Origin: Convolutriloba macropyga
Lineage: Eukaryota
NCBI RefSeq assembly: GCF_964194025.1
Contig: NC_134475.1
Location: forward strand, 67,518,001 to 67,582,000
Direction: 5' to 3'
DNA length: 64,000 nt
Shown here: piece after piece, positions 1 through 13,700 of the stretch
How the letters are laid out: every line of letters begins with the position of its first letter
How positions within the stretch are numbered: position 1 is the stretch's first letter
The notes under the pieces: model-generated
Told to the model about the DNA's origin: nothing
What the model saw: the letters and a program-made list of their open reading frames with translations, nothing else
Databases searched by the model: none
Translations under genes and position numbers: made by a program

Positions 1-2790
1 TAAGAAAATCAGAAATTTTCCTAAATCGGCAATATTTCGTGCAGTCCAGAAAAGATAGAAATGTTGGAACTCACGGTGGTACTCTTATTGCTCACAAAAC
101 AAATCTTTGTTTCAATAAAGCAGCAGAAATTGAAACAAACTTTGATTTTTTGTCATGTTTTGTTTATTTCCTGAACGACTTTGTATTAATAATCATCACC
201 TTGTATAACCCTCCACAAAACAGCAAATACCGGGTTTCTGATACAGATTTACGAAGTTCATTAAGTATAGCATTATTTAAATTGGAGTCACTTTTCGACT
301 CCAGTACTCAGAAAAAACTTATAATTATGAATGGTGATATTAATTTTTCACATGCTGACTGGAATACACTTTCTAGTAGTAATTAATATGAAAAAGCATT
401 CATAAAAGAAATAGATGCTCTGAACCTTTGCTCAATCCTCAACTCCAGCTGTTGTCCCGACATTTTTTTTTGCAATAATCTGGAGCAATGTAATCTAGTG
501 GTTGAGGCTAATTCCTTCTCAGATCACAAATTGTTCATAGCAGAATTTTCTGTCAGACTCAGAAGAAAACAACAAAAGCCTCTCTTCCAAAAACTCAACG
601 TCAACAATGCTGATTGGCACTTATTCATCTCTCGTTTTGAAATCCCCACTACGTCAAACAGACGTCCCAATGACTTGCTACATTGCTTTTATCACAGTTT
701 CTACAATGCTTGCGAAAAGTCAATACCTCGTATAACAAAACGCCTGCTTGACGCACCATCTTATATGTCTTCCCATAGTGTACACATAGAAAACAAGCTG
801 AAGACGCTAAGGAAAACAAACAAAAGAGCAGAGGAAATTAGAAATTTAGAGATGGAGTTAAATTTATCATTGCTTAAGGACAAACAATATTTTATTGAGG
901 GTTTCTGTATTTCAACAAACAACGATGCATACAAATTTTTGCGAAGACTAAACCAAGAACAAGATTTCCCCGAGAAAGTGAAATACAAAGGCCAAGATAT
1001 AATGGGTTCACAGCAAATAGCGGAAAGTTTCAACGAGCATTTTTCTTCAGTATATATCGAAGATAATTCTGACATTGTTGTGCCTGAAACAGCTCAACCA
1101 GAGATCTTTCTAGACGATATCACATACAACGCAAAAGATGTGCCAGATGAAATATCACAAACTAAATGTGGTGCCAACTCTTATGATCAAATAACACCAT
1201 CACTCCTCAAAGCTTCTGCGCCGTACATTATAAATAGTATCTTGTATATATTTAGCTGCATTATTAACGCTTGCCAATTTCCCAAAGTCTGGAAAAACAC
1301 ACACGTGCGTCCTCATCACAAAAAAGGTAGCAAAATGGAAATTAAAAACTACAGACCAATTGCAATGCTCTGTGCAATTTCTATAGTTTTTGAAAGAATA
1401 CTTTACAAACAAATTAAGAAGACATTCGAAAGGAAGCTTTGCACTGCTCAACATGGTTTTCGGCAAAAACATTCAACAGTTACCCAATTGTTACTATATT
1501 GTGATAACTTATATCAAGCTTTAGACGAAAATTCATCCCCGATAACAGTTTACTTGGACATTGCTAAAGCTTTTGATACGATTAATTTTAATATTGTGCT
1601 TCAAAAGCTCGTCGTTTTGGGTTTGATGAAAAATTTTTGAAATTTTTTGCTTCTTATCTGGTTGATCGACAGCAGAGAGTAAAAATTGCAGACAGTTACT
1701 CGACTTTCTCAAAAATCTCAAACGGGGGTCCCCAGGGATCAATATTTGCTGTGTTTTTGTTCTCCGTGTACATAAATGACCTACCTGATCAACTTCATAA
1801 TAAAACATTCCTTTATGCCGATGATACGAAAATAATAGGACAGATTTTAGATTGTGAAGAACTTCAGTTTGATATAAATAGAGCTATCGGATGGTCTGGT
1901 TCAAACATTATAAATTTCAATTTTGACAAATTCAGCATTCTCGAGTTCTCATACAAAAATACATATAATTCGTCTACAGAGTTATTTGCAAAAGGAATTG
2001 CACATCAAAAATGAAAAACAAATTAAAGATCTCGGATTAATTTTTACGGCCAGCATGACTTGGAATTGTCACCTCGAAATGGCGGTAATGAAAGGTTTTC
2101 AAAAACTGAATCATTTAAGAAGAGTTATACCCCGCACCACAAAAGAAACTGTCAAATGCACGTTGGTGAAAACATATATATTCTCAGCGGTCTTTTTGCG
2201 TCAAATGTCTGGAACTCAGGACCATAGTATCTTCAACGCTTGGAAAGACTGCAGAGATCATGTTTAAAATGGATAACTTGCCGTTCTGTTCTGGGTGACA
2301 AAGAATACGTTGAGAGCCTAATTCGAAATCGCCTATTGCCAGTCAGTTATTTTCTAGTTTTTGACGACCTAAATCTGCTTAACAAGATTTTAATGGGCTT
2401 AACTTCGATGAATGCGTCAGACCACTGGTCAATAACTTTTGGTTGTCCAAAGACCACATCAAGTGAAAAGTTTTTTATTGAAGCGAGAAAAACATTTCGG
2501 AAACGTTCTGAAGATAATTACTTTAATGGAGTAGCCCGATTCAACAATTCTTTGTCTCAACTTAACAGTTTTGCTAACTATTCACCACACAAAAATCCAT
2601 GTCAGTTTCGAAGAGAAGTGAAGAACTTTTTGGAAGGGGAAAAGATTCAAATATAAAAGTTACCCTTCAGGATGGAAAGTTTTCGAGAAAATTTATTTAT
2701 TGAAACCTGATTTCTCCACTAATCTGGGGACTATCAAACTGGTTGTAACCATGTTTGGTTGAATTCAATATTATTATTATTATTATCATT
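1..2790 (+). mobile_element. Degraded non-LTR retrotransposon (LINE) ORF2: APE endonuclease + reverse transcriptase, with (ATT)n 3' tail; 5' end lies outside the window
   Basis: Consecutive broken ORFs 39-386 (LYNPP, GDIN), 498-1640 (SDH, NYRPI, QHGFR, YLDIAKAFD), 1637-2014 (GPQGS, LYADD), 1923-2267 (KDLG) and 2240-2656; ATT repeats at ~2769-2790. Confidence 0.92.
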
Positions 2791-2794
2791 TATA

Positions 2795-2994
2795 NNNNNN
2801 NNNNNNNNNNNNNNNNNNNNNNNNNNNNNNNNNNNNNNNNNNNNNNNNNNNNNNNNNNNNNNNNNNNNNNNNNNNNNNNNNNNNNNNNNNNNNNNNNNNN
2901 NNNNNNNNNNNNNNNNNNNNNNNNNNNNNNNNNNNNNNNNNNNNNNNNNNNNNNNNNNNNNNNNNNNNNNNNNNNNNNNNNNNNNNNNNNNNNN
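2795..2994. other. Assembly gap (200 N)
   Basis: Run of n characters directly after the LINE tail. Confidence 1.
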
Positions 2995-3959
2995 AATCCG
3001 CCAATTTTCTGGCATAACTCACGAAAATGTATGTTTGATTATCTTTGTACGGACCTTTAGAATGTTTGATTTTTATCAATTTTTTTCAATTAATCTGTTT
3101 GATTGTTTTCATTTTCACTTCTCCAGTTCTATAAGTTAAGTTTTCATGCAGCCGATATTGTTACATTTTTTGTTGCATAGTGTATTAAAAAAAAAGCCAA
3201 GAACGTTAGAGAACTGAAATTTATAATGTTTACGAATTGCATTCTTTTCAGGAGGACGTCTGTGAGTCGATGAATTTCAAGAAGTGTCCTTCAACAATAG
3301 CAATTACAAAGCCTTAAAACAATTACAATAAAAACAATGCCAACTATAATTTTCTTTTTCGGCTTTTAACATTCAACAGATCAGTAAAAGTATTTGGCTT
3401 CTAAACAAGCACCTCATTCATTTTTATTTCATAGTTATTCCAACAATTCGCCGATATTTGTCGCAAAAACGATGTTATAGAATCAAAACACCCGCAAAAA
3501 AGAAATTGGTTCCTGATAATAGTGAATAGGAAATTGCTTTAAAAAACTGATATTAAATAACAGATTGGACAGAAATTACTTTCACGCAAGATCTAATAAG
3601 AATTTTTTTGATGTTTAAAAGTATTTACCAATAGAAAATCTTGGTTCACGGACGATCATTGTTATTATCACAAGTTCAGCCCAAATCACCAATGGAATCA
3701 CACTCGCTTCCTTCTTGAAAAAGTTGTCTGAGGTAATACTTCCTGTTCTTGCATTCAGATTTTTCCCGCTACTGAATTACAACCCGTATGATAAAGCATA
3801 AAATCTTGAGTTCCCCACTCATTGGGTGAGTCGTCAAAAATTCATCAGCATAGATTGTCCCCACGCATGGGCGACACAATTCTCAAAGCTGAATTTCCTC
3901 TTAACTGGTGGGATAAGGATTCAAAGATTTGCTCGCGTTTCGTATGTGTCCATAATTTC

Positions 3960-5200
3960 TCATCCCTTGCAAGGAGCATGATTGCGGACCCCCAAAATGC
4001 TGTAACAGAGACTGATTGAGATAACCTAGTGAAAGTTAACGACAGCCCCACCTGCTGCAAAGAGGTAGCGAATCGTTTGAGGGTCTTACGAACTGTCTCT
4101 GAAAATCCCCCAAACGGCTAGAAAAATAGAGAGATGAATTGAATTGCGACATCAAAAGATTTCTGGGCACGCTAATCGTATTTTCTTTTCTAGGCAGCTG
4201 ACATTGCAAAACCTTGTCTTCTACGACGTATTTTTGATAAGGCATGACTGCAAGGTAAAGTGATGGTAACGTCCAATGCTGCTGGTTGACCGGCATTCCA
4301 TACAGGTGAGAAAATGTCGCCCCGTCTGGAGTAATTGTCGGGCAATAAATACTTCTGTTCACTGTTGGCAGACAAAAGAGCTCCCAAGGAAGCTGATATA
4401 ATTATGTCTTGTATACGATCATGTCGAGGTATTATATCACCCCGGCCATGGCATGACACGGCTTGATTACATCTAGATTTCAACAAAAAGATATTTTCTC
4501 TTGTTCTCGTACAATTTAAAAACCAGTCCGTATTTAAGAGCAACACGGAACTCATTGGGAGGTTGTAGTCCCAGAATTGGAATGGAGGCAGCGGATAACC
4601 AGGCACCAGACATAAGTAAAGAAAGAAGAGATTGGAAACCAGTTTTATCTCTAATGGAATTTTGTTTTCCTAACAAATTGTCGTACGCTGAGTTATCAAG
4701 TTTTCCCTGAAATTTTTGTTGGGAAGGATGTGTCGCGATTTCGCCCAAGTCTACAATTGCGTCAACAAATGAGCTCTCTCCAGTTGGATTATGGCCTGTT
4801 GGTTTTTCTACAAGAACAGAAGATTGAAAAACGGAGCGAACGTATGCAGCCTGAACTTGATTTGCTGATCGTCTTATTTTTACACCGGTTTTGTTGATTG
4901 GGAGGCATGCTTGGTCCCAAGAATTATCTCACATCAAAACTCTTAGATTTTTTCAAAGGCTGCACGCTGAACCGTATCTATTTTTTCGTTGGATTTTCTT
5001 TGACTTGTCCGATAGAGAATGGCATGAAAAATAGTGGATCATTTTGGGCGCACCGAGGCAAAAACGCAAAATACCGAGGGCACACTGTGGATCATCCACA
5101 TTTGCTAAATTCACACATGCAATTGGAGCATGCACAGTAGACTCGCATGCAGTCAAAATTTGGTTTCTTTAATTTTATTCCAGGAACTTTCTTGAGAATC
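3960..5200 (-). mobile_element. Relic of an RLE-type non-LTR retrotransposon (CRE-clade-like), C-terminal half
   Basis: Frameshifted minus-strand pieces: DDPQCALGILRFCLGAPK; SGAWLSA..PILGL...EFRVALKY; CHGRGDIIPRHD (zinc knuckle/RHD); RRGDIF.P.W..GQPAALDVTIT (PD..D nuclease); QSVSV...GSAIMLLAR end motif. Confidence 0.75.
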
Positions 5201-7680
5201 GAGTTTGAATAGCTTGTGTTGAAAATGAGCCTTCAATCAAACTAATTTAGTTTCAAAAGGAAAATGAAAACATTTTTTAACAGTGGAGAAGTTGGTGGTT
5301 AACTTCATGATTGATTAATTTTGTTGGTTATCTCAAATATTCAACAATTGAGGTCTGTGATAACTTTTCTTAAAGAACTTTTTGAAACTTTTGCCCAAAC
5401 TGATTTTTTCAAATTTGTATACAAAAATGTCTGCCTTCTTCGAATGGTCTTGCTCATTATGTATTAGCCAACAATGGTTGATAGCCCACCAAACACAAAT
5501 GATTTTGTGTGCCTTGGAGAAGAAAAGAAAACATCAAAGGAGGACAAGACGGAAGAAATAATTGTTTTTTAAGCCAGCATGCAACCTGGACATTCCATGG
5601 AAATTTCAAGAAATTATTGACCGATACAGTTTTAAAGGGAGAAAAACATTCAAAAACCGATTGAGAAAAAATTTGTTTGCAACCTAAGTTGCAAGTCCGA
5701 GCAACAGTAAACAACACTTTTCACTCCAATTACAACTAAAATCTGCTTAGACCGAATATTCGTCATTATTGCTTGCCTCGGGTTTTAAAAAGTTACATCT
5801 TTTCCTGTAACAAGCAAGAAACTAATTTCAATCTTAAACTCATTTACAGTTCTTCTGGAGAAATAAAAAACAGGTCTTTTTCGAAAAAAAAAACTATCAG
5901 AATTATTTTTTGTACTTCGAAAAAAAATTGCAAACGTGAAGCTTCTTGTTCACGAGACGAAGTTGATTATCAGGAAAGATTTAAAAAGAAAGATCGAAAT
6001 GTGTGCATTGGTCATATACATTCATTGTAGTTGTCACTCGTAAATAAATGACACCAAATGAATTAGGCAGATTTGGAAGAAAACATGAATTTTTGCACGT
6101 AAGTTCGCTGGATTTTTTGTGGTCTTAAAACTATCAAGTATTCAAAACACTTTGCCAAATTTGGCGAAAGGATGTTTTAGTCTAATTGAAGCTGCCAAAG
6201 TCGAAAACAAGGACAGAAATTTGATGCTAATTAAATCATGAAAAGTTTTTCTTTAGGTGATGTCAGATTCAGTACATTAAAAAAAACATATTGCTGCAAA
6301 TAGGTAAAACTGGTATTAAAAAAGACCATAAAAATGGTCATATCGGCTCACTCACTCTTCAAAAATTTTTGATTCGTTCTCTGGAAACCGCAATTTTCTG
6401 CAAACTGACGAAGAAGTGGTTGCACATGTTTCATGGATGAGAGCTGCGACTGCAACAGAAGTATTTCACTCTCTGGCCAGATTGTTCAGTCTCATCAATT
6501 CTGTTATTCTTATTGTGGTTGTGAAACATTTTCACGTTCCAGTAAACAAATTGTCAGAGCTTATTCTACGCAAAATTACAAAAGCCAGCAATCAGTGAAA
6601 CAATTTTGTTTGTTGTGCAAAAAATCCCAATCAATGGAACCCAGAAATTCCTTGACAGATTTCCCTTAAAAATGTGAAAATTTTCCCTCGAAAAATACAC
6701 GAAAAAGTCTTCTCACTGCTGAACATGCACAATGAGCAATTTCCACTGTTAATGTCAACTTCAGAAAAAAGGCATCGTTCATAAGCTAAAAGCATATTGC
6801 TTGCACTTGTTTTTAACTAAATGCTTCAGCACAAACAGACGATTCCTGCAAAATTTACACCTCGCCATTTCTATCAAGCTTGCAGATTTTTGTAATGTAG
6901 TCGACTCTTAACAAACACTATGAGATTGCATTTGTGAAAATTCTAGTGTTTCTGATGCATAAACGGCTGGTTAGCACTTCCGCTTAATATTAGCGATTGG
7001 TAACTACATTTACAGTAAACTATGAGCATAAGAGTTAAGTTTAATCACCTTGCAAGACTCTTCCAAAAAAGGCAGTTTTGTGCAGGTTAGTACTTTTTTT
7101 GCAATGTAATAGCGTTTTTGTGTTTCCTGAGGATCTTGTGAGATCATACAGGATAGTAGTGACCGTTTGACAGGAATTGTCTACAAAGAACGCGTAAAAA
7201 GATGTAATACAATCAACGACAAAAAAAAAACAATTTTTTTGAACAAAAATGATATCTTTTCCGAGCTCAGCCAAATAAAAAAAGGAATCACCTGCGCACC
7301 CAAAATAGGAGAGAGGAAAACAATACCCTCAAAACCCCGAAAAAAAAGAAAAAAAGAAAAAAAGGAGGAAAAACTCGCAATAAAAAAGAACAGGCCAAAA
7401 CTGACTGACCACAATCCATTATCTTTGACAAAAACAAACAAATTAAATGATACCAATCAATTCAAAAAGCTCATCAAAATTTTCACAGCTTTAGATTGCA
7501 ACCAAAACACCCATTTAATTTTTAAAAAATTACGTAAAACACAAAAACAGCTCAACAAATTCTGTAAATCAGCAAAATGAGAAATTCCCGAAAACAAATC
7601 TGAAAATTCTACTATATGCTTTAAACTTCCATTCATTGCTGCTCCCAATCCTCACATTTAAAAACAGTGAAAATCTGCAA

Positions 7681-8007
7681 TGCCAGAAGTTTAAATGCCA
7701 GAAATTTCTATATACAAAGCCAGAAGTTGACATCCATGAATCCATGACCTTCCACCATTTTGAAACGTACAGGTTTCCTGTTTTAAGGGAGATTACCTGA
7801 CTCTGTAAAAATAATTTCTAAAGTTTAGCTTAAAATCTCAAACAACTTCGCAGTTCCCGATGATCGACAGGAATGCTTAGAGACATCGAGTGCAGTTACC
7901 TAACCTATGCTAAAAGCACAAAAAAACAAGTTTGAACATCCAAAACATTCCTGAATGTCAATTTCCAGACATTCATAGTGAAACTTCTGGTATTATAACT
8001 TCTGGCA
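7681..8007. mobile_element. MITE-like element with ~55-bp imperfect terminal inverted repeats built from GCCAGAAGTT units
   Basis: 7681 tgccagaagtttaaatgccagaaatttc... matches the reverse complement of 7952-8007 (tgccagaagttataataccagaagtttc...). Confidence 0.5.
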
Positions 8008-8416
8008 CCATATATATTTTTTTAAAACTTAAACATCCTTTTTCGGGGCTACCGTTTGTAATTGCTCTCAGGTTGTCAAAATGTTTTTGTTCACTCCTTA
8101 TCGATGTGTGAGAACAAAAACAGTATTGCAAACTAAAGAACTTTCTGAAAAAATTTCAGTTCTCTTTGACTGACAGTGCTATTGCAGGGTTTGCTGAAAC
8201 GTTGCTTCTCAAAATTGTTGTTAATTAACAAAGATGAGAATCGTGTTTGATTTGAGATGCAACAAGTTCCTTCCACGTAAATTTAAGCTTTAGAAATGGG
8301 TTTTAAGAAACCGGAAGCAAAATTTTGTGGCATATCTTTGTGGAAATTTTAATACTAAAATACAAAACTGGTAATTAAGTCCTGGCATATAAATAATATT
8401 TCCAATTAGTAAAACC

Positions 8417-9570
8417 TGTTGCGGTCAAAACTGATACTTTAAATTTTTCATATCAAATTATTAGATCGTTTTATGATAAGTCTATAGCTAGGCCCTCTAC
8501 CGGCAATTCTCATCTATTAGAGCGACGGAATTGGGCCAAGTTCGATCAATGTTGAATTTTTTAATATAGAAATAATGTAAAAACATACTAAAATGTTGGA
8601 AAAACTAATATTTAACCTTGGTGCAAGACCTTCAAGGTCTTTGGTGTATATTTCACATATGTACTCTCCTTCCCTTATGCGTTGCTTTCTTTTTCAATAG
8701 TTGTCATCTCAAGGTCACAACTTTTGATTCCGATAGTCGGGTGACCTTGAAAAAGTGCTGTACTTTTGAAGTGCTCTAGCTCCTAGGGACTTGAGTTTAG
8801 GACCGTGAAAGGGGGGGTTGGGCATACTTTTCACTTGATACTCTAACCATTGGTGCTAGTCTCGATGCTCATTTCGTTCATCGACTTTTCAACTTTACCC
8901 TGAACGGCATATTTTCCCTTTTTTCAAATTCCATCTAGTTTTCGCCATATAATTATATGATCAATTAGTTGCGTTGTGTCAATACTCTTTCTAAATGTCA
9001 CGAGCAATGCCAAAATTATGACAGCTTCTGATATGTGGGCGAATTCATACTTTCCATTTCAGTTATGAACAAAATTTAGTTAATATTTGAATAAAACACT
9101 AAGTTTTCCTGTTTTAAAGACTGCTTTGATGTCAAATGTTGTGTCAGAAATGTTTTATGTTAGTTTTTGATGAACCTTCAATTATCACGCCATTTTGCTA
9201 TGTTTAACGTTCAACTTCTCTACATAATCATTGTCTTAATATGGTTAATTTCATATTTACTTAATAATTTGCTATGTAAACAGATTAAATTCCTGAACAG
9301 AATACTCCCTTTAACTGTAAATGTCAGTTATGTAATGTTTAATTAGCACTCGTAAATGTCATCTGGTGAACATATTTCCAACAGAGCGAGCATTAGTGTA
9401 ATTGGAGTCAAATTGTATGACTTTTGAGTTACGAAATTCAAGTTATTTTCTTAAAGTTTCGCAGAAAATCCTAAGGAAATTACAGTCAAGAAAAGTTTTT
9501 AAAGCTTTAAACGAACCAGAACGTGCGTAAAGATATTTTTAGTTTTTCACTACTAATATCAGCCGTAACA
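8417..9570 (+). repeat. 5' LTR of BEL/Pao element 1 (TGTT...AACA, ~1154 bp)
   Basis: Starts TGTTGCGG and ends ...TAACA, followed by TTAA-TGGTCCG (PBS-like); only the first ~510 bp recur at the 3' end, so the right boundary is inferred. Confidence 0.7.
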
Positions 9571-9612
9571 TTAATGGTCCGTATTCTCCCCGGACATTTA
9601 AAAAGATAATTT

Positions 9613-10610
9613 TTGTTGTTATTTTTTATCAAAATGTTCAAGAAGTCGACAAAATCTCAGAAGGTTGCCAAGAAGTCGATACCTTCTTCATCAGAACCAC
9701 AAGCATCTTCCCAACAAAAAATCATCATTCCATTCAGACGTGGCTGTCAAGAGCACTCTTTGGACTTGGTTAATTTGAAGCGGAAGTATGACCAACTCAG
9801 AAGAAAAAGAGAAGAGTTGATACGATTGTTGAAAGGAAACTATCGTCTTGCTCGAGCTAGATCTGAAGTTGACGCATACTTCGAAGAAGAAGACAAGTTA
9901 CTCAATCAGCTGAGTAAAGTAAAGGCCAAACATGGTGAGACTGGTTGCTCTGAGGTAACAGAGAAATGTATTGACTACAGAAGTCGTCTAACGGATCACA
10001 AATGCTACATTTTGAATCTTTTCGATCTAAAAGCAGCACCATCAGAAAACAGAATGGTTTCGTTTGGAGAAGTTTCAGTCTCCACTTTCACTACATTGGC
10101 AGAAGATGCTCCAAATGCAACAGTTCTAACGAACAGTACTCCTCAGGACAATGGCGTAAACCTTGTGAGCAGTGGCTCACAGAAAGAGAAAAGCGACAGT
10201 CGACTCAAAACACAAGTCAAGTGGTTAAATCTGGTAATTACTCATTGGAGAACAAGCTTGCAAGAGAGGAGGAGAAGAGATTGCTAAAGCTCCAGAAAGT
10301 TGAAGAAAGACAGGAGAAGGCCAAAAAGAAGGCCAACATCGAGTCCAAAAAGCTTCAAATGGAGTTTGAAAGAAAGCAAAGAGAGCACGAAGAACGGATG
10401 AGACAAGTTGAGGAAAGACTTCAACTTCGCTGGATGGAAGCTGAACTAGAAAGTTCTTCTGGAGAGACTTCTGACAAATCTAAACAATCAAGTGAAACAG
10501 AGATTGATGACGAATTTTCCCCAAGAGAACTTCACGAGGAATACGATGAGTACGCAGAAAACCTCAAAGTTCAACTGCCAGAAGTGGAGCGTCCATCAAG
10601 TTCTTTTTAA
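9613..10610 (+). pseudogene. Frameshifted N-terminal coiled-coil part of element 1 gag
   Basis: Overlapping ORFs 9613-10287 and 10002-10610, K/E/R-rich, between the PBS and the gag core. Confidence 0.65.
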
Positions 10611-10774
10611 AGACAGATAGTTATTCGAGTCCTTTAACAAAGTATCGACAGCAGTACAGTTCAGGAGAAGATATCGAAAATCCATTTGAGCAGCAAACAA
10701 GAATTCAAAGTACACCTCGGGGAAGCAGAGATAGACGATTTTCACCTGATAGATACGCCTATTCAAATTCATTC

Positions 10775-13700
10775 TTGTCTCCAAGGGACAACGGTTATAA
10801 TATCTTTTCAACGCCAACCATCAATAGTAACAGAAGTTTGCCAAAATTAAAACTGCGCGAATTTGATGGTAATCCATTGGATTGGCCAGAATGGAGTGGA
10901 GTGTTTCTGTCTACAATACACAGCAGCAGTATTAGTCGAGACAAGAAAATGAGCCATTTGAAGACATTGCTTGTTGGAAAAGCAAAACGAGCTGTCAATG
11001 GAATGGGCTACTCTGTAACAATGTACGATCAGGCTTGGAACACACTGCAAAGAAAGTTTGGCCTGCCTCATCACATTGTCTCTTCACAACTTGCGAAAAT
11101 TCAGAACTTCCCACAGGTTAGATTAAGCGACTTATCATCCTTGATAGAGTTTGCTGATACGGTATCAACGTTTGTGAACATTCTACAGCAATTTGGGTAC
11201 TCGAACGACTTGTTTTCTTCTAGTAACCTTGATATTGCGGTCAGTAAGTTGCCGTTAGATACAAAGCGTCGATGGTTTGCCTTTATAGAGGCCCCAACCA
11301 AAGCAAGACGAATAGCAAACCTGGTCGAGTTTAATAATTGGTTGCAAGAAGAAGCGCAAGTACATGAGCGATTGGTTCATTGTGCGCCTACATCGTCAAA
11401 ATTCGAAACACAAACGACAAAGTTCGGTAAGAAACCTGATTTCAAGAAAATTCCAAAGCCCAGCGAGTCAGCCTTCAGTTCAAATGACGATAAAACTCGA
11501 ACCGAAAACAAATGTCCTATCGATGGTTCAAATCATAGGGTCTGGAACTGCGATAAGTTCAAGAACATTAAAATAGATGAACGATACAATGTCGCTAAAG
11601 AAAAGAAGCTACGTTTTTGTTGTCTTGCTGATAACCATGCAGCGAAAGACTGTCCAAGGAAAATAAATTGTGGCGTTGATGGCTGTGAGAAAACCCACAA
11701 CAAGTTGCTTCACTACAAGAAAAGGTCGGAAAACTTGAAACCCATTAACAAGACAGAAGTGACTAATTTAACCAGCAATGTGGAGTCAATAAGAGGTTTA
11801 ATGCAAATAGCACGTGTCAGAATCTTCGGAGATGAAGGACAATTCGAAGATACTCTTGTTGTTTGTGACACGGGGTCCACTCAGACGTGGGTGGATAAAG
11901 ACTTGTTAGAAAAGCTTGAATTACGTGGAGAACCAGTGTCGTTAAATGTTACTGGAAATCACGGCACACAAATTACAACATGCAGAGCGGTTCAGGCTAC
12001 AATTGGGCCGGCTAACTGTATGCAGGACAAAGGGAAGCTACTCACAATTCACAGTCAAAAGAACTTGGAAATTGGAACAAGCGTTTACAATGTCCAGGAG
12101 ATGAAAGAAAAGTATCCCTACTTAAAGTGTGTGGGTTTCAAGCAGATCGATTTGAAGAAAGTTGCGATCATTCTAGGCCAGAATGCTTATGAACTGATTC
12201 GACCCGTCGAATACAAAAATGGCGGTGAGAACAAACCGTGGGCTATTAAGTTACCACTTGGATGGACAGTCAGTGGTCCAGTTCCAATTAATCAGCTAAA
12301 ACTCAGCGCAGCCTGTCATGTAGCCAACGATAACGACATGAAACTAGCTGAAGTTTTCAAAAAGTGGTGGGATATGGAGTCCTACGGAACACTTAAAGTT
12401 GCCGACAAGAGAACAGAAGAAGACAAACTAGCCACCGAGGTTCTAAATTCAACGATCAAGATCAACGGCGAACGATATGAAGTTGGTTTATTATGGAACG
12501 GTGAACAAGCAGCTTTATCCAACGACTTTTCATCAGCCTTGGGACAACTTCGAGGGTTGCAGCGTCGATTACAGACAGACGAATTACTTAAAGTGAAATA
12601 TACAGAAACAATTAACTCAGATCTTAGTAAAGGATATATCTCAATTCTTTCTAGCAGCCACTTGGCAGCAACAATCAATCAACAAGTCTGGTTTGTACCA
12701 CATCACCCAGTTTTGAAACCTCACAAACCCGACAAAGTGAGAAGAGTATGTAACGCAGCCAGCAAATTTCGCGGGAAAAGTCTCAACGACATGCTTTTAG
12801 CAGGTCCGGATTTGCTAGCCAGTCTGATTGGAATCTTGGCACGATTCCGAGAGAACCGATATGCTTTGAGTGCCTACGTTGAAGAAATGTTCCTTCAAGT
12901 TGAAGTCAAACCGGAAGATCGAAAGTTTCTACGGTTTCTATGGTCAGATGAAAATGATCAATTAGTAACGTATCAGTACAATAGACATATATTTGGCGCT
13001 AAATCGTCTCAAACTTGTGCAAACTTTGCGCTACAAAGATGTGCAACGGACAATTCTGAAAATTCAGATCGAGCTAGTTACATAGCATGCCATAATTTCT
13101 ATATGGATGATCTACTTGTCTCGCTGCTGAGTCGGGAAGAAGCTGCTGACGTCAAAGCAGAATTAATTGCTCTTTTAGCAAAAGGTGGTTTCAAACTAAC
13201 TAAGTGGGCTACTAATTTTGATGAAGATGAAGTACATGACAAGGCCCTGACGATTCTTGGATTAGAATGGAAAAATAAAACCGACACGCTGAAAGTATGC
13301 AGAGGTTTACAGTTTAAGCCTGAAAACTATTGGACCCAGCGAAAAGTGCTATCAATTGTCTCTAGCGTTTTTGATCCTTTGGGATTTCTAGCTCCATTTG
13401 TTATCCGTGGAAGAATAATCCTGAAGGCATATGGCAGACAAGAGGACAACAATGAGACTCATTTATCGACGAGAACCTCAGTGATCAGTTCTCAGATTGA
13501 GTCAAATGAGTTGCACGTTTTCGGTGATGCTTCAGAGGACGCATTTTGTGCGGTAGCATATCTTGTAACAGAAAACAATCAATCAGAGCGTAAAGTATCC
13601 TTTATCATAGGAAAAGCCAGAGTTGCACCTGTAAAGCATCATACAATTCCAAAACTTGAGCTCATGGCAGCATTAACCGGGAATCGACTGAAAGACACAA

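Noticed and set aside
2734-3139. ORFs spanning the N run
   Set aside because: Artefacts of translating the assembly gap.
7167-7580. 137-aa Lys-rich ORF
   Set aside because: Driven by A-rich low complexity. A nearby FKLPF motif hints at an old Penelope remnant, but it is too weak to call.
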